From an uncultured Gammaproteobacteria bacterium (GTDB lineage: Bacteria > Patescibacteriota > Microgenomatia > Daviesbacterales > UBA10151), in NCBI GenBank assembly GCA_964522265.1, contig CAZFVS010000073.1:1-5612 (forward strand): a stretch of 5,612 bases of DNA. Reading direction: 5' to 3'. A program made the position numbers and the translations under genes. Numbering within the stretch: the stretch's first letter is position 1; each line of letters starts with the position of its first letter. The notes beneath the pieces are model-generated. The model did no database searches. It was not told the DNA's origin and was given only the letters and a program-made list of their open reading frames with translations. Of this stretch, positions 4,034 to 5,612 are shown piece by piece.

Positions 4034-5476
4034 ATGCCTCGAACGAAAGATGAGATAAGAGCTTATCTCGAAAATAGGATGACGCTTGGGGAGGATACTC
4101 TCAGGGCTATGACTGTGGATAATAATAAAAAGCCATTACCTGCACGAGCGGTTTTTCTAGTGATAGATAAATATATTAGAGATTTCAGCGATAGAGTTAG
4201 TGCTGAGCCAAGATGGGTCGCCATACCCGGCCTTAGAGGAGTAGGGAAAACTACTTTAGTAGCTCAGCTCTATATAAAGCTTAATTGTTCTAAATACCAC
4301 AAAATATATTTGTCTCTTGATGAAGCATCTAGAAGTTTGGGTACGTCAATAAAAGAACTGCTCGAAGTTTATGAGGAAATGCTGGGAACCCCATTCGAAA
4401 GACTTGACGAACCAGTTTTTATCTTTTTAGATGAGGTTCAGTATGATAACTCATGGGGGATCACCCTTAAAAATATTTACGATAAAGCAAAAAAAGTTTT
4501 TATAATATGTACCGGATCTTCAGCACTTTCTATCCAAACAAACCCTGATATAGCTCGTAGAGTTGTCTTAACAAAAATATACCCGCTAAGCTTTACAGAA
4601 TTTCAACTTATTAAAGATCGGAAATATCCGCTTAGAGGTTTAGGCAATAGCATTAGAGAGGCTTTGTTCAATAGTAAAACAGGCGAAGAAGCATACGATA
4701 ATCTACAATCTCTTCAATGGAAAGTTGATAGTTATTGGAAAGGAATAAAAGATAGCGATATTGAGAGCTATCTTAAGTATGGAACTTTGCCATCAGCTAT
4801 TGCATTACGACAAGAACCGTTAATTTATTCACAAATAAATCAAACCTTAAATAGTGTTTTAAATAGAGATGTTCCTCAACTTAATACATTTGATAAGCAG
4901 ACAATAGATAAACTAAGCCAGATTCTATATACAGTAGCGAGTTATGAGAGTACAAGTTTTAACACTATTTCACAGAACATTGGTTTAGAATTCAGGACTG
5001 TAAGCAGTATTTTTGATGCCTTAGAGAAAACTGAGTTACTAATCCGCATCTATCCGTATGGGCCACACGAGAGTCAAGCACGCAAAGCTTCTAAGTTTTT
5101 GTTTACATCCCCGGCGTTTAGAGCGATGTACTATAATTTAGTAGGTAGCACAGCAACTTTTGATGAATATAAAGGTAAGTTATTTGAGGATGTGATAGGT
5201 TTATATCTGCATCGTATATTTTCAAAAACTGACAATAGTATTACTTATGATAGCGCTCAGGGCGGTGCTGATTTTATTGTCGGTACGAGAATTCCTGGCC
5301 AGGGTGGGGGGATAGTGATAGAAGCAAGCTTAGGAGAGAAAAAGTACGAACAAGTTTATAATACATCTAAAAAAATCAACGCCAGGTATGGTTTTGTGGT
5401 ATCACCTACCAATCTAAAGATTAGTAATGATAAACAATGTTTTGCCGTACCGCTCAAGTTCTTTCTTTTGATATAA
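4034..5476 (+). CDS. AAA+ ATPase of the COG1373 type (AAA_14 NTPase + DUF4143 winged-helix region + C-terminal nuclease-like module)
   Basis: 480 aa. Walker A GLRGVGKTT (aa 66-74). Walker B VFIFLDEVQ (aa 128-136), followed by the family-typical W..LK..D....I.CTGSS......ARR......YPLSFTEF. The middle has the YLKYGTLPSA and LNRDV...D...L..IL..VA motifs typical of DUF4143. The C-terminal GGADFIV...IVIEAS resembles the D...ExK nuclease-like end of this family, but with S where K is usual. Confidence 0.85.
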   Translation: MPRTKDEIRAYLENRMTLGEDTLRAMTVDNNKKPLPARAVFLVIDKYIRDFSDRVSAEPRWVAIPGLRGVGKTTLVAQLYIKLNCSKYHKIYLSLDEASRSLGTSIKELLEVYEEMLGTPFERLDEPVFIFLDEVQYDNSWGITLKNIYDKAKKVFIICTGSSALSIQTNPDIARRVVLTKIYPLSFTEFQLIKDRKYPLRGLGNSIREALFNSKTGEEAYDNLQSLQWKVDSYWKGIKDSDIESYLKYGTLPSAIALRQEPLIYSQINQTLNSVLNRDVPQLNTFDKQTIDKLSQILYTVASYESTSFNTISQNIGLEFRTVSSIFDALEKTELLIRIYPYGPHESQARKASKFLFTSPAFRAMYYNLVGSTATFDEYKGKLFEDVIGLYLHRIFSKTDNSITYDSAQGGADFIVGTRIPGQGGGIVIEASLGEKKYEQVYNTSKKINARYGFVVSPTNLKISNDKQCFAVPLKFFLLI

Positions 5477-5481
5477 AGTAG

Positions 5482-5498
5482 AGTTTACCCGAAATGTC
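5482..5498 (+). repeat. 17-bp direct repeat, copy 2 (AGTTTACCCGAAATGTC)
   Basis: Identical to 3876-3892. It starts 6 nt after the ATPase stop codon (TAA at 5474-5476). In this copy only, CCCGA/TCGGG (5488-5492 with 5497-5501) can form a small hairpin. Confidence 0.9.
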
Positions 5499-5612
5499 GG
5501 GGGATTAAAGTGAGATAGTTAGTAGTTCCTGGGTTTGTTGAAGAGTAAGCTCGGGAAATTCTATCTCTTCTATCCAGGGTCATTGCATTCTAAGGAATTA
5601 AAGGATGGGACA

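Noticed and set aside
5512-5578. GAGATAG/CTATCTC and CCTGG/CCAGG complementary pairs near the right edge
   Set aside because: The helices are short and interleaved (order A-B-A'-B') with no surrounding context. The window ends before any gene or element could give them meaning.
5523-5581. GTTCCTGG ... ATCCAGG, matching the two arms of the tRNA-Asn T-stem (2518-2536), considered as an attR-type duplicate of the tRNA 3' end
   Set aside because: Only 8-nt and 7-nt matches are present, separated by about 40 nt rather than 5 nt. The acceptor 3' strand (TCGAGGAG) is absent. The match is too short and discontinuous to call an attachment site.
5605-5612. ATG at 5605 preceded by AAAGG as the start of a further gene
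   Set aside because: Only 8 nt of potential coding sequence is visible, and the purine-rich motif directly abuts the ATG. It cannot be supported from this window.
1-5612. CRISPR arrays, IS elements with terminal inverted repeats, integrase or transposase genes, rRNA
   Set aside because: I scanned by eye on both strands. There are no spaced repeat arrays, no transposase- or recombinase-like ORFs and no rRNA-like segments. The only repeats found are the 21-nt tandem repeat and the 17-bp direct repeat already reported.

Overview
The window has two compositional parts. I counted 33/60 GC in 541-600, against 23/60 in 1681-1740 and 22/60 in 4621-4680.

The GC-richer left part (1 to about 1230) holds the 3' portion of a primary sigma-70 factor gene (rpoD-type, running off the left edge). 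It is convergent on a VIT1/CCC1-family metal transporter gene, and their stop codons are 1 nt apart.

The AT-rich part starts at about 1440 and contains, in order:
- an apparently leaderless ORF (N-terminal HTH plus a LAGLIDADG-like core);
- 12 nt later, a tRNA-Asn(GUU) gene whose anticodon is split between U35 and U36 by a 265-nt ORF-less group I intron with an IC3-like core;
- a bidirectional terminator;
- a minus-strand pair: an excisionase-type HTH and a small 4-TM membrane protein ending in an in-frame 21-nt tandem repeat;
- a divergent XRE regulator;
- a COG1373-type AAA ATPase gene (AAA_14 + DUF4143 architecture) bracketed by a perfect 17-bp direct repeat.

No CRISPR array, rRNA, transposase or integrase is visible.

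The most interesting signals are the intron-split tRNA-Asn with an adjacent free-standing endonuclease-like ORF, and the repeat-bracketed XRE/ATPase cassette. All family assignments come from motif recognition by eye. No database search was run.
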